A DNA stretch of 64,000 bases, taken from contig NC_086108.1 of NCBI RefSeq assembly GCF_963921235.1, positions 48,176,001 through 48,240,000 of the forward strand. The letters are read 5' to 3'. This DNA comes from Mobula hypostoma (taxonomy: Eukaryota). Of the stretch, positions 1-13,575 are shown piece by piece. Each line of letters begins with the position of its first letter. Position 1 is the stretch's first letter. Made by a program: the position numbers and the translations under genes. Under the pieces are notes generated by a model that was not told the DNA's origin, did not search any database, and worked only from the letters and a program-made list of their open reading frames with translations.

Positions 1-1763
1 GCTTATTTACTGAAAAGGGGGGAAATACTCCAACTGTTACAGCATTTTTGAGCAAAGGAAATTCCAGGTGATTAATGTAGTGTGGCGACCTCATCAGAGC
101 CAGTGATGGACCACTGCAAGTAATCTTTCAGGAAACATAAAATTCCATAGCATTGTACCACTGCGAACACATTGCTACTCCATGGATGTAGTCGTGATAA
201 CAGCTATATGCCTTTTAATCAAAAAGGTTTAGGTAGATTTGTTGGATGAAATTACCATTGTGTTCTCAGATTACCTGTAATCACTTGGAGCAATCTTGAG
301 ACCTGCTGCCTGGGAGAACCAGGGTAGTTGTTGATTATCAGCAGCATTTAAATCAGATTTTCTGCAACAAGGGACACCTTACACACGCTGTAGAGATTGA
401 GCCTGGTGCTTACATGCTCTAGTATTCCCACCCTGTCATTTTACAATTACAAATGATGCTTACATTTCACTGGAAAGGTTCTGTACTATTGATACTTCTA
501 GCAGTGTTAAGTTTAACAGCATCCACAAGGATCACAGTATACATTACACTTAAAAGGAGTTGTCAAATAAAATGAAATGGCTTCATCAGCTTCAGGAAAA
601 CAACAATTACTTTTGGAGTCAAGCTGACGTATTGGAGGATAGACTCTCTCAAGCTGAGTTAATAATTGGCCAATGAGGCTTTCTCATCTCGATCAAAACT
701 GTCCTTAGAAAGAGTTCCTGATTGAAAACTTAAGCTTTAGGTATTTCTATTATTTTCTCGTCATTTCAAACATTTTATTTTTTATATGTTATATGTGCAC
801 AGTTGATAATCTTTCAACTTATAACCTCCTTGATTTAGAAAATAAGGGAATTCGGAAGTATTTTGAACAGTGGTTGCAATAGTGCTTCATGTGAGGGGAC
901 CTTTACTTTCATTACTGGGAAATTGAAGTTAGGACGAACCTGTCCACAAAGTAACGGACAGAACAGAAACGCACATATCAGAAATTCTCAGTGAACCATA
1001 TTAACTGCAAACTTTGGCAGTGAATTAGCATCCTTTTAAAACTCCAATAAATACCCAGTCTCATCCTCCATGTACTGTCCTGCATTGTTATTATTTAATG
1101 CGCGCTGGTTGTGTAGATACTTAAATTTACAGGCATTAGTGAGTGTTTTGAGTTTGTTCACATGGGTTGGAATGCAGATGTTTCTTGATGAATCCAGACC
1201 CAATGTTTACAGTTGGAAAAACAACTATACAGTAGATGTAAGAATGTTCAGGTGTTGTTTATCAACTTTATTTGCTGGCTGTTGACATAAGGGCTGTGCT
1301 GGCCAACAATGCAACACTTTAATTGTGGCAGATCTTTCATTGGCCAAAGATCTCTGGCTTAGACCACTGAGCCATTACGTTTCCTCCAGCATTCCCCCGC
1401 AATATTTTAAAAAGTATTTAATAAATACGCTCTCAGATAGTTACAGACGTGCTCAAAGGCACAGTTGAGAAATCTGTGGAAGTTCATGGTACCCCATTGG
1501 ACTCAATTTGGAGTCCACTAGTTTCACACTTGACAGCCAGTAACACAGCTACCAAGGCAGGAGTGCTGCTCCTGGAAAATCTCCACATATACAGTTTACA
1601 GTTTGCTCATCTGAAATATGCGGTCACTTGTGCTTGCTATTGGCGCTATTTTGCAGCTGGCAGCTGGGTTGGAATATTGTGAGGCAAAGGCAAATACACC
1701 AGCTTTGTTTTACCTCTACCAAACAGTATTGTAGTTGCTTTTATGAAACAAATTAGGCTAACC

Positions 1764-1843
1764 CAGGAGTTCCTAACCATTTTTATGCCATGGACGCCTA
1801 CCATTAACTGAAGAGTCCATGGACCCCAGGTTGGTTACCCCTG
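1764..1843. mobile_element. 80-bp hAT/Charlie-like MITE
   Basis: Imperfect terminal inverted repeats CAGGAGTTCCTAACC ... GGTTGGTTACCCCTG. A related degenerate copy lies in the opposite orientation near 42645-42730. TSD not preserved. Confidence 0.55.
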
Positions 1844-2004
1844 GTTTACACCAAATTATGCTGCTTTGTCACAAGTGGTATCACAGTAAAAGATTTTCCG
1901 TGAAACATGACTTGAGCTTTATGATTTAATTTGGTGCCAAATATGTACTGACTCCCTCCATAGATTTAACTAGAAAAATTACAGAGCTTGTCATATTTCC
2001 ATAG

Positions 2005-2149
2005 GTGCTCCAAAGGTCACAATGCCGGCACAGACTCCAGGTTACTACATGCAGCCAGGCTACATCTCATGTACCGTGGAGAGCCTCATCCCCTTCACAC
2101 TGCGTTTCAGCAGAGCTGGTTCAAAACTTGGAACAGACCAGTTTTACAA
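2005..2149 (+). CDS. HMCN1: Hemicentin-1 coding exon (first in window; 145 nt, phase 1 to 2)
   Basis: Acceptor tttccatag|gt, donor aa|gtatgt. Translates xAPKVTMPAQTPGYYMQPGYISCTVESLIPFTLRFSRAGSKLGTDQFYK, closely resembling vertebrate HMCN1 as I recall it (DAPKVTMPEKTPGYYLQPG...). This frame is not in the ORF track. Confidence 0.93.
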
Positions 2150-3878
2150 GTATGTATAAAAGGATAAATTTTAACATCATTTATCATGCTTTCTACTACC
2201 ACTGTCAGTCCCTTAACTCCTACTGCCACTTGTTCTCAGGCATACTTCTCCCCTTAACTGCATAAAGTGTTCTGAGATATCAGATACAGCGGTGTACCCA
2301 GTAGGGACAGGAAACAGAAATGATGTTCAAAGTGGAAAACTTGCACTTGATTGTACTCTTATTTCCAATGTAATATCACTGTTACACCAACAGGAAATCT
2401 GATCATTTGCAGTTCATTAAACCACCAGGTAATTGAATTGATTCACAACATCTAACTGTTTTGGAAATTGGCCACCTTAACTTGAATATATAGAGATGAT
2501 TGAAATATAGATTAGAATATATAGATATTTCAATATGTTCTCTGTGGCCACTCTATTAGGTACTTACTGTAGCTAATAAAGTGGCCACTGAGTGTATGTT
2601 CGTGGTCTTCTGCTGCTGTAGCCCTTCCACTAAAAGGATCAACATGTTGTGTGTTCAGTGATGCTTTTCTGCGCACTATGGATTAGCCGGATCTGGTAAA
2701 GATGGCAAACTTTTCACCTTGAAATGCATCGGTGTGCCAAACAAGTTTTTATGAAAACCCATCACCTTTGTGGTTACCACTACAGACGGCAGCTTGTTAA
2801 ATACAGATATATTTAATTCTGTGAATTTCTATTCTCCAATTGCCATGGTGGAATTGAATTTCACAGCTTTGTGTTTAGATAGAGAGTTCAGTGACGTAAC
2901 CACTACGGTAGTTGGCAGGGTGAGCCAGACTTGGACCTGCTGCCTTTGGTGATTTGCATTTTGGTGATCAGCAGAGGAATAGACATTAAGTTTGGATTAA
3001 ATAATTTGTGAAGTAAAATGGGCAATTATGTTCTTGTCACTTGGCAGATCTGAAAAGGAGTCTGATTTCCAAGTGATAGGTCACCATTATTAAAAATAAA
3101 ATATGGTTACAACAATCTATTAGCTGGTTATTGGCTCAGAGACTGTGCCATTGTATTTAACAGACAAATGCTGGCTCTACTGATAAGCTTCATTCATTTG
3201 TATTTTAGCTGTGTATTGCCTACAATCAGGGATGTCATTGCTAGGGTTCAGAATGTTCTTTTTTTGTTTAACTCAAAAATATACATCATAGCAACCCAGA
3301 AAAAAAGAAAACCAAGTTGGCATTCGTGGTGTTCCACTGCACTTATAAAATATTTCAGTAGAGTAGTTACTGTTGTATCCCTGAAATCAAAGCAGCCAAT
3401 TCACATAGAGCGGGAACCCAAATCGCAATGTGATCTTTCCAATTCAGGTATTTTGGTGCCTTCATCCGCTGAGAACATAAGCCAGCATATAAGTGTTCTT
3501 TTTCTAAATCAAGCCAATTCCAAATTTGTGAGTGATTCTGTACTTAAACCAGGAGAACAGACCTGACAAATCCACAAGTACAATAGTTTCATCCTGTGGA
3601 GAGGCACTCAGCCTTGTTAATGTGGCTCTTTTCAAACTGAGAGAAGGAGAAGATACCTGACAATCACTGAGAGATCATGTTTCTCAGAATACTAAGTATA
3701 TTACTTATGTAAACGTCAATGCAAAAACATAATCTTTAAATTCACACAATTAGTAGCATTTAATTCCCTTAGTTATTGTAGATTTGTCAGATTAGCGATA
3801 TACTTCACCTTTTCAAACTGTTTATTTTATTTTGTGATGACATTTCTATTGGTCTTATCTTTATTTCCACTCTCAAAG

Positions 3879-4000
3879 GGAATCCGCCTCTGCAAGCTTT
3901 GAAATCCTTCGTGTTTCTGCAGTGCACGAAGGTATTTATGAATGCATAGCAATCAGCAGTGCTGGAACTGGGCGTGCCCAAACCTTCCTGGATGTGTCAG
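3879..4000 (+). CDS. HMCN1: Hemicentin-1 coding exon (122 nt, phase 2 to 1), C-terminal half of an Ig domain
   Basis: tctcaaag|g ... tcag|gtaag. Encodes ESASASFEILRVSAVHEGIYECIAISSAGTGRAQTFLDVS with the Ig F-strand motif G-x-Y-x-C; in frame with the previous exon (aa+g = Lys). Confidence 0.95.
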
Positions 4001-5519
4001 GTAAGAACCCAGTCAAATGTGTCCTGTATCTCCAGTTTGTGACCATGGTACTTGTACAGAGATGTATTCGGTGTTCTGCACCATTTTAACAACAAGATGG
4101 TTTTTGCTGATTTGCTCCTTCTCAGGATTTTTCTCGAATGGCTTTTAACAGATATAATCATGTTAAATTGCCTATCTTCACCATTTTCACTAATTGATAA
4201 TGGCAGTCATGTCAGGTTTCAATGTTATTACCAAGGTAGTAGGAAATAATTTTAATCCATCCCATCCCAGCAGAACAGGGAACAGGGCTGTGCCATACTG
4301 ACTGCCATCTTAACCATTCATGGCAGGCTGTTAACCAAATACACCTCGATAGCTTGATAGGAGCTGTTTATGCTCATGCAGTCAGGTTCTGGTCCTGTGA
4401 CTGAGACATTTTCCACCCCCTCACCCCCACTACCAGGTAGATTTTAACCAAAGCCATTGTGCTAATCCTCCTGTGGTCCAAATGTCTGACAGGACAGCCT
4501 GTGAGGAAAGGTCATTGTTTCCCATATCCCATTCTGTGGAATCTCCCATAACTGCCCTTCATTGCTTGACCCATTTGCTTTTTATCTTTCATGTGTTTCA
4601 GCCATTGCTAATAAGGCTCTGAATCGAGTTACTGCATTTTAAGAATCCCACATTACTGCTTGGCAACTTCTAATACATTGCTTCTTCTTGCTCAGCAGTT
4701 AAACGTGATTTTCAAAGGACACCTTCCAAGTTGAATATTATGTTTAAGGTTTAAAACCAGTTTTCAGTTGCTAACTGAAGATAAGGGATAAGGGGAAGAA
4801 TTAACTATAAATTCAAGTTGTTACTGGAGGAGCCGAGTCCATCTTCGGCCCTGTGACTCTATATATGTTATGGAGACACAAGAGACCGCAGATGCCACAT
4901 TCTGGAGGAACTCGGCAGGTCAGGAAGTTTCTGCAGAGGGAAGTGGGCACTCAGTGCTCATGTATCAGTGTTCGCTGTCTAGAAGCATCTTTAGTCTTCA
5001 CTGATCCAGATAAATGAAATCTCACCAATCATCCCGCTTTAGAATGGCACTGAAAACTATCCTGCATTGTGTCTCCAGGCTGCACCAGATTACAAATCCT
5101 TGCTGAATTTCTATAGCTGGTGGTTACATTTGGGATAAGGAGATGCCAGTGTGGATGGCATTTCACAATGCTTTCTCACTCCATCGCAAACTCTAGTGAG
5201 TTTTTATAAGTACCTTTACAGAATAATAAAATAATAATCACATGGGAATGATACTCTTTATCCCTTACTTAAAACGGAACACGTGCTTTTGGGTTTTAGA
5301 TCAATGCCACATATGATTTTATTGTAATCTTTCAAATGGCAAATGTATTGGTATTCAATAATCATATCAACTAATTCCGTAGTGCAATGGACAAGAGGCA
5401 AACACGTTCATTATTAGGAATAGGTTTCCTCAAAAACCATTAAAATATCTTTGTATAGATGTCATAGCTGGAAACACTAAACATTAATTGCCAGAGGATT
5501 CTGTGATCAAGCTTAAACA

Positions 5520-6485
5520 CTAGGAAAATTCAGGAGTGTTCGGCCTAGAAGTGTGGTAAATTGGATGAGCAAGTTTGCTGATGACACTAAGATTGGAGGC
5601 GTTGTGGACAGCGAGGAAGGCTTTCAAAGCTTGCCGAGGGATCTGAACCAACTGGATGGGTGCAGAAAGTGGCAGATGGAATTTAATGCAGACAAGTGTG
5701 AGGTGTTGCATTTTGGAAGGACAAATCAAGGTAGGACATACACAGTAAATGGTAGGGCACTGAGGAGTGCGGAGGGACAAAGAGATCTGGGAGTTCAGAT
5801 ACATAATTCCCTGAAAGTGGTGTCACAGGTAGACAGGGTTGTAAAGAAGGCTTTTGGCATCCTGGCATTCATAAATCGAAGTATTGAGTATAGGAGTTGG
5901 GATGTTATGGGGAGGTTGTATAAGACATTGTTGAGCCAAATTTGGAATATTGTGTACAGTTCTGGTCACCTAACTATAGGAAGGATATCAGTAAGATTGA
6001 AAGAGTGCAGAGAAGATTTACTAGGATGTTACCGGGTCTTCAGGAGTTGAGTTACAGGAAAAGATGGAACAGGTTAGGACTTTATTCCTTGGAGCATAGA
6101 AGAATGGGGGAGATTTGATAGAGGTTTACAAAATTATGAGGGGTATAGACAGAGTAAATGTGTATAGGCTCTTTCCACAGATAGGAGGGATAAATACGAG
6201 AGGGGCATAGCTTTAGGGTGAAAGGGGAAAGGTTTAGGGGGAACATTAGGGGGAACTTCTTCACTCAGAGAGTGGTGGGAGTGTAGAACGAGCTGCCATC
6301 TGACGTGGTAAATGTGGGCTCACTCTTAAGTTTTAAGAATAAATTGGATAGGTAAGTGGATGGAAGAGGTCTGGAGGGTTATGGACTGGGTTCAGGTCAA
6401 TGGGACTAGCGGAGTAAAGTTTTGGCCCAGACTAGAATGGCCAAATGGCCTGTTTGCTGTCGTGTTCTATGGTTCTATCGTTCTA
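5520..6485 (+). mobile_element. CR1-clade LINE, 5'-truncated, frameshifted
   Basis: RT C-terminus SKFADDTKIGG...WQMEFNADKCEVLHFG...RDLGV (ORF 5553-6050); ends in short (gttcta)-type tandem repeats. Confidence 0.9.
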
Positions 6486-6989
6486 GTATTGGGGTTGTAG
6501 TAACCCAGAATTCCTTTGTGTAATTGCCTTTAGCTCCAGAAGGTTCTTGCTGCTATTGAAGATGAGCCATTGCTTTTTATTTGGAGGCAATTAATACAGA
6601 ACTGTTGGTCTGGCATTAACCTCATCTTGTTATCACGGCATAAAATTCAGAAACTGCTATGCCTTTTGATGGAGGAGTAATTGAAGTGGTTTAAAAAAAA
6701 CATTGGAAGTCTGGATTTCCTGTTTGTCAGCACTCTCCAATGCAAACGGATGTCTGTCTATGTTGATGACATCATGATTTTCTGTACTTCAGAGATCCCA
6801 TGTGATTAATGCCAGGATAACGATAAGAAAGGAAGAGTCTTATTGCTGCCATATTGCTCACTGACAGTGATCAGAACCCATGGTATACCTTTGATGACGT
6901 GAAAATCTGTGCTATTAAAATAGGAAAAAAACATTTTTGCATCAAAATCAAGTGAAGCACTGGCCAACTAACAAATAATAATACCATCT

Positions 6990-7225
6990 GACATAGGAAC
7001 ATCAAGTCTGCTCTGCCATTTCAGCATGGCTGATTTACTATCCTTTTCTCAACCCTATTCACCTGCATTCTCCTCATAATCTTTGACACCATTACTAATC
7101 AAGAACCTTGAAATATATCCAATGTCTTGGCCTCCACAGACATTCATGGCAATAAGTTCAACAGATTCACTACCCTCTGGCCAAAGAAATTCCTCCTAAT
7201 CTCTGTCCTAATATTCTGAGGTCCT
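6990..7225 (-). mobile_element. CR1 LINE 3'-end fragment
   Basis: Resembles the 3' ends of the CR1 copies at 41419 and 43456 (tctgctctgccatt...cagattcactaccctctggc...aaattcctcct). Confidence 0.7.
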
Positions 7226-8515
7226 ACCAGAGGCAATCAGTTACTTAATTCACAAAAGCCGTGGAGTTTTGCTCAATTGAAGCATTTTTACATGCATGTG
7301 AAAACCTCATTGCATAGAACATTAGACTGACCCAAATTCAAAGGCTTGCTGGTGAGGTTGGTGTGAATTCTGGTCCCAGGCTATAAAGGACTTTTTTGTG
7401 AGGGTATGGTGCAACCAGGAAATTGTCCGGAATCTGCAGTATGTCAAGTCTGCATGACATTCTATGAAAGTGAAAGTATGAAGCCAATTTGCTACTATTG
7501 TACTTATGCTCAGTTCCATTCAGTGCAGACTACTGGAAAGAGCTGGAGCTCTGTATTGATTTTATTGTGACCTAACTTCAGGGTTATAGAGAACATTTTT
7601 TAGAATGTTTAGATGATGAATGAGCCCAACGTGTAACTGTGTGAACTTCTGGATAAATGCCAACGTACTGCCTGGTGGTCCATTCCCATTCTGGATTAAT
7701 CTCCTCCTTATAAATTGGAAATACCTGAAATTGAATTTACAAAATTGCCTTGGTAAAGCCTCATGGATGACACATGTGGATTATATATATTCCCCAGTGA
7801 TTTCATCTCAATCTGCAGGCATTCTCAAGCACTGCTAGGGATTCCTTGAGGAGGTAGACAAGATCATAGTAATTAACATAAAAGCTGCAATTAAAATGTT
7901 GCAGTTGATTCAGTTAAAATTAAATCATCTTTGGTAAGGAAACTATTTTAAATAATCACAGCATACTTGGAAATACAGTCGTTTCCCAATCGCAGTCACT
8001 GAAACATATTTTCTTTATTACGAATTCTACAATTTACAGTAAGTCCTTGGCTTCATCCCCATTATTCTCCATTCAGTCGTTCTCTTTTTCATGCTTCATC
8101 CTTAAGTTAGTATGTTGCATGTATCTTCACTTATTCAATGAACGGTTAGCAATGCAAAGACAAGAGAAAGGATTTTTGGTACTTCAAATCCATTCTTCCA
8201 TTCAGTAAGGTTATGACTGATCTGCGATTTAACTCCTTGACATCGCTCGGTATCTGATTGACCTGCTGAGTTCCTCCATCATTTTGTGTGTTTCTCTGTA
8301 TCCGTTATTATCTTCAGTTTACAAAATTCTTTCAATCTACTTGATAGAGCAGTCACATCGAACACACCATTCTCTGCAACTTCCATCATCTTCAAAAGGA
8401 TCTGACCAGCAGACACATCTTTACTTCCTCCATCCCGACTCCCACCCCTACCCTCCACTTTTCATAGGGATCGCTCCCTCTGTGATTCTCATTTTTGAAC
8501 CGTCGGCAAATATAA

Positions 8516-9435
8516 AATCAAAGTTCAAAGTAAACTTATTATCAAAGTACATATATGTCACCATATTCCACCCTGAGGTTCTTTTTTTTTGCGGGCAGTC
8601 ACAGTAAATACAAAGAAACACAACAGAATCAATAAACTCAAAGCTGGTCGAGCAACCGATGTGCAAAAGACAACAAATTGTGCAGATACAAAAAAAGGGG
8701 GACAATAAATAAATAAATAATATTGCGAATATGTGTTGTAGAGTTCTTAAAAGTGAGCCCATAAGTTGTGGAATCAGTTCAGTTTCGGGGTGAGTGAGGT
8801 TATCCACTCTGGTTCAGGAGGCTGATGGTTGAGGGCTAATAACTATTCTTGAATCTGGTGGTGTGGGTGGTATGGCTCTAGTACTTCCTTCCTTATGGCA
8901 GCGGTGAGAAGAAAGCATGGCCTGGATGTTGGGAGTCCTTAATGATGGATGCTGCTTTCCTGTGAGATCGCTCTTTGCAGATGCCCTATTGGTGGAGAGG
9001 GCTTTACCTGTGATGGACTGGGCTGTATCCATTACTTTTTGTAGGCTTTACTGTTCAAGGGCATTGGCATTTCCATACCAGGCCATGATGCAATCAATCA
9101 GTGTACTCTTTACCATGCCCTTGAAGGTTGTCAAAGTCTTAGATGATAGTCCAAGTCATTGCAAACTTCTGAGAAAGTAGAGGTGCTGCCGTGCTTTCTT
9201 TGCAAATGGCACTTGTGTACTGGACCCGGGACTGAGCTTCTGAAATGATAATGCCAGGGAATTTGAAGTTACTGACCCTGCCCGTCTCCAATCCCTGATG
9301 AGAACTGGCTCGTGGGCTTCCAGTTTCCTCCTCCTCTAGTCAATAATCAGCCCTTTGGTTTCATTGACATTGAGTGAGAGATTGTTGATGTGGCACCATT
9401 CAGTCAGATTTACAATCTCCCTCCTCTCTGTTGAT
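8516..9435 (-). mobile_element. Rex1/Babar-like LINE 3' fragment
   Basis: Degenerate reverse-complement similarity to the 48498-49847 element (DTAQSITG..., SLLPxGR-like region). The tail reads aataagtttactttgaactttga on the minus strand. Confidence 0.7.
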
Positions 9436-10036
9436 TATCAGTCCTATCATTTAAGCCAGGAACAACTGAATGAACTGAAGGCCATTGTTTTTTTTTCACA
9501 TCTTTGTAAATCTCTCTGCTGGGAGCTCTAAACAGTCTCATGGTGAGCTGATGTCTATTTTCTGAACTATCCAGCCACATTAGGAGGGCAGGGGAAAGTC
9601 CAGAATCCTAGTCATCAGGAGAGTAATCGGTCACTTGTGGCCAAGATAAGCAGGCAACATCAGTCTCCTCTTCATGCCAACATCCTGATTTCCAGCCCCC
9701 AATTGATCCAAACCCCAGAACCCCATTTCCTTTGCTGTCACCAAGGTTTCTGTTAGTGCTTAAAACTCGAGGCCTCATCTCTCCCTAGGGTGCTACTGAG
9801 ATTTGAGATTGAGGGCCTGGGTCTTTAAAGGTTAGTCGAGCTTTACTGCCATGACTGTTTATGGTACAGGAGAATACTTAGGCCTGGAGCACTAATAGTT
9901 TTAACATTAGTGATTCCATTTAAGTAAGATTCAGTTGGATTGGTCTTATTTGGAAACCAACAGCTAAGAAAATACCAAATAGAGAGACAAATATAGCTTC
10001 ATCTGAAAGAGTATGAATACAGCTTGTGTGTAAATA

Positions 10037-10791
10037 CAGTGGATTCCAGTTAATTGGAGCAGCTGCTTATTTGGGACAGATCATAAAGAACGAAAATCAA
10101 TCTGTCAAGGAAAGCTGGGATTTCCTTTAGTTATTTGGGACAATCTGCCGCCTAACTGGGGCAGGAGACCATTGGCAAACAGGTTCTAACTAGCATCAGT
10201 CGCATGCTGTTGTGTGTCCGTTAGATGCTACACTATGCTTAGAGTGAACAGTTGTTAAATAGTGTTGGTTGCAAGTGTTTGTGTCAAAAAGCAGTGATGT
10301 TAGCAAGTAAAAAGCAGTAAAACAATTCCGAACTGTTTTGCTCAGTGTGATTTCAAGTATTCAGGCTTAGTGATGCCAGAAGTGGCCGGAGTGAAAATGA
10401 AACGATTTCACTACTTTCATGTTAGGAATTTCAAAGAATTTGAAGGTGTTGACAACCATCTTGAATGTTACAATGAAAATGAAGATTTGGAGGATGCAAT
10501 CATCGGTAGTATTGTGTGAAGTCAGTCAGTTATCTGCACTAGGTGCCTGGTCTAATTACTTTCACTGTGCACTCTGGATGAATTCGACACTGGATAACTA
10601 TTAGGAACTAATACACAGTCTTATAGTACTGTAGTAGTGTTAGAATTTGTTCTGTATTTCATTTAAATACGTAATTTGTTACTCAGTTAGTCTTTTTTTA
10701 AAAAACCTTTTTAACTACTTCCATGAACTAACTGCTAACTGGGGCCAAAGTCTACCGGTCCCAGTGTGAACTAATTAGCCGGAATCCACTG
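10037..10791. mobile_element. Non-autonomous Tigger/pogo-like DNA transposon (755 bp)
   Basis: 21-bp TIRs CAGTGGATTCCAGTTAATTGG / CAGTGGATTCCGGCTAATTAG (18/21) with TA on both sides (10035-36, 10792-93); acidic transposase-like remnant near 10435-10500. Confidence 0.85.
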
Positions 10792-12247
10792 TATATCATT
10801 AGACTGATATGACAGGTAAAGGCAGTCGTATTTATCCCTGTATTGTTTTGTTATGCTTTGCTTCATAACTTGAATTAATACTTTAAATTTTTAAAAATTG
10901 ACTTTATGGATTCTTGGCATTAAAACAAAAGACACTTCAAATGTACTTTGAATCTTTGAGCCAGATCTTCCAAAGTTACGGATTCTATCTGATTATATAA
11001 ATTATCCATGGATGCCAGACTGTTTAAGGGACATGTACTCACCAGTGGGATTTAGCGCTCAATTAAAAATGAAAAATGCCCTTTTATTACACTGCCTGGA
11101 ACATTTCTCCTGGTCCAATAAATTTATGAGACAAAAGCTAAAATATTTATGACATGAGCTGCTGGCTTTCTGCTTACACATGTGAAGTTGGAACAGACGA
11201 CTGAAAGAGATCGGACTCATAGGAATAAGTCGCAGTCCAACCCAGAAATACCACTTACTGATTAAAAGAGTAAATAAATCCCTAGATTAGTGATCAAAGG
11301 GCTTCATGCACATATATAAATCCTAGAATAGTATATAAATAAAATAACTCATGGCCTAGAAATTCACTGAAACATGACACCATGTGCTAAAGTGATGCAA
11401 GATGGAGTAGCTGTGTCGTACTACCACGTGTGTGATTTTCAGTAGGAGTACTGATGGAGAGCCTCAGCCCAAAGCATCAACTATTCATTTCCCTTCACTG
11501 ATGCTGCCTGACTTGATGAGTTCTTCCAGAAGTTGATGTGTGTTGCTCAGTGTTTCCCATATCTGCCGTCTCTATCTTGTGTCAAATAGGAATTTGTGTG
11601 TTCAGCATGACCTAATCGTGGATTTCCCCTTGAACACATATTAAACGCCAGTAATTTTAGGAGGCCTGTACACTTGCTTCTAAAAATACTCAATGATAAT
11701 TGGTGTAATTTGTGAGTATTTAAATGGTAGATGAATTGAACCACTAATGATTTCAGTTTGAAGAGCTGTTTTTGCATTTTCTTAGCCCGTTGGGACTGAG
11801 TTTGATTTGCTTCCACTCTGCATTTTTTGTTTTGTTAGGTGATTAATGAGGAGGCCTCAGTAAAGCCTTTAATTCTCTTCTAAAATATGGCCTCCTAATT
11901 AGAGATTGAAATACGAAGTTTGGCCACAGGGGTGCTGATGTTTGTTGTGCTTTCGTACTAAACAAGGAAGGTCCAGTGCGTGATCTTGTCTTTCTTTAAA
12001 ACTGCTTCTCTCTATAGATCAACTCAGACAGAGGAGCTTACAAAAATCAGTTGATTTTGTTACTCCCATTCACAGGTGCACTTTATTAGTTTAATTGTTT
12101 TCATAAGATATGATATTTGACACTGGAAGGTAATTTGTAGAGTAACATTCAAACACGAGGAATTCTGCAGATGCTGGAAATTCAAGCAACACACATCAAA
12201 GTTGCTGGTAAATGCAGCAGGCCAGGCAGCATCTCTAGGAAGAGGTA

Positions 12248-12286
12248 CAGTCGACGTTTCAGGCCAAGACCCTTCGTCAGGACTAA
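12248..12286 (-). ncRNA. Minimal type-I hammerhead ribozyme motif, core intact
   Basis: Minus strand reads TTAGTC-CTGACGA-A-GGGT CTTG GCCT-GAAAC-GTC-GACTG. Confidence 0.8.
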
Positions 12287-13536
12287 CTGAAGGAAGAGCT
12301 AGTAAGAGATTTGAAAGTGGGACGGGGAGGGGGAAATCCGAAATGATAGGAGAAGACAGGAGGGGGAGGGATGGAGCCAAGAGCTGGACAGGTGATTGGC
12401 AAAAGGGATATGAGAGGATCATGGGACAGGAGGCCCAGGGAGAAGGAAAAGGGGGAAGGGGGGAAAACCCAGAGGATGGGCAAGGGGTATAGTGAGAGGG
12501 ACAGAGGGAGAAAAAGGAGAGAGAGAAAAGGAATGTGTGTATATAAATAATTAATGGATGGGGTACGAGGGGGAGGTGGGGCATTAGCGGAAGTTTGAGA
12601 AGTTAACGTTCATGCCATCAGGTTGGAGGCTACCCAGATGGAATATAAAGTGTTGTTCCTCCAACCTGAGTGTGGCTTCATCTTTACAGTAGAGAAGGCC
12701 GTGGATAGACATATCAGAATGGGAATGGGATGTGGAATTAAAATATGTGGCCACTGGGAGATCTTGCTTTCTCTGGCGGACAGAGCGTAGGTGTTCAGTG
12801 AAACGATCTCCCAGTCTGCCTCCTGGCACTTATCCTTGTAAGCGGAACAAGTGCTACACATGCCCTTACACTTCCTCCCTCACTACCATTCAGGGCCCCA
12901 GACAGTCCTTCCAGGTGAGGCGACACTTCACCTGTGAGTCGACTGGGGTGATATACTGCGTCCAGTGCTTCCGATGTGGCCTTCTATATATTGGCGAGAC
13001 CCGATGCAGACTGGGAGACTGTTTCGCTGAACACCTATGCTCTGTCTGCCAGAGAAAGCAGGATCTCCCAGTGGCCACGTATTTTAATTCCACGTCCCAT
13101 TCCCACTCTGACATGTCTATCCACAGCCTCCTCTACTGTAAAGATGAAGCCACACTCAGGTTGGAGGAACAACACCTTATATTCCCTCTGTGTAGCTTCC
13201 AACCTGATGGCATGAACATTGACTTCTCAAACTTCCGCTAATGCCCCACCTCCCCCTTGTACCCCATCCGTTATTTATTTATGTACACACATTCTTTTTC
13301 TCTCTCTCTCCTTTTTCTCCCTCTGTCCCTCTCACTTTACCCTTTGCCCATCCTCTGGGTCCCCCCCCTCACTTTTCTTTCTCCCTGGGCCTCCTGTCCC
13401 ATGATCCTTTCATATCCCTTTTGCCAATCACCTGTCCAGCTCTTGGCTCCATCTCTCCCCCTCCTGTCTTCTCCTATCATTTTGGATCTCGCCCTCCCCG
13501 TCCCACTTTAAAATCTCTTACTAGCTCTTCTTTTAG

Positions 13537-13575
13537 TTAGTCCTGACGAAGGGTCTCGGCCCGAAACGTCGACTG
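13537..13575 (+). ncRNA. Minimal type-I hammerhead ribozyme motif, core intact; predicted cleavage after C13570
   Basis: TTAGTC (stem I)-CTGACGA-A-GGGT CTCG GCCC (stem II)-GAAAC-GTC^GACTG (stem I'). Stem III is reduced to the palindrome ACGT. Confidence 0.85.

Noticed and set aside
2543..2680. Tc1-like MITE remnant (gtggccactctattag / ctaataaagtggccactgagtg inverted pair)
   Set aside because: Plausible, but too degenerate to define boundaries or a TSD.
1070..3566. Short intronic ORFs from the track (for example 1070-1285, 3168-3566, and 2005-2265 in the wrong frame)
   Set aside because: No recognisable domains or splice support; consistent with random ORFs.
12060..12584. Recurrent Pro/Ser/Leu-rich and Gly/Arg/Glu-rich ORFs (also near 13241, 16411, 53651, 61936)
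   Set aside because: These are translations of the pyrimidine-rich PLE 3' repeat on either strand; frames and lengths differ among copies.
12732..13241. 169-aa ORF suggesting a standalone GIY-YIG nuclease gene
   Set aside because: It reads through the inversion junction near 12819. The N-terminus is antisense PLE sequence, so the ORF is a chimera.
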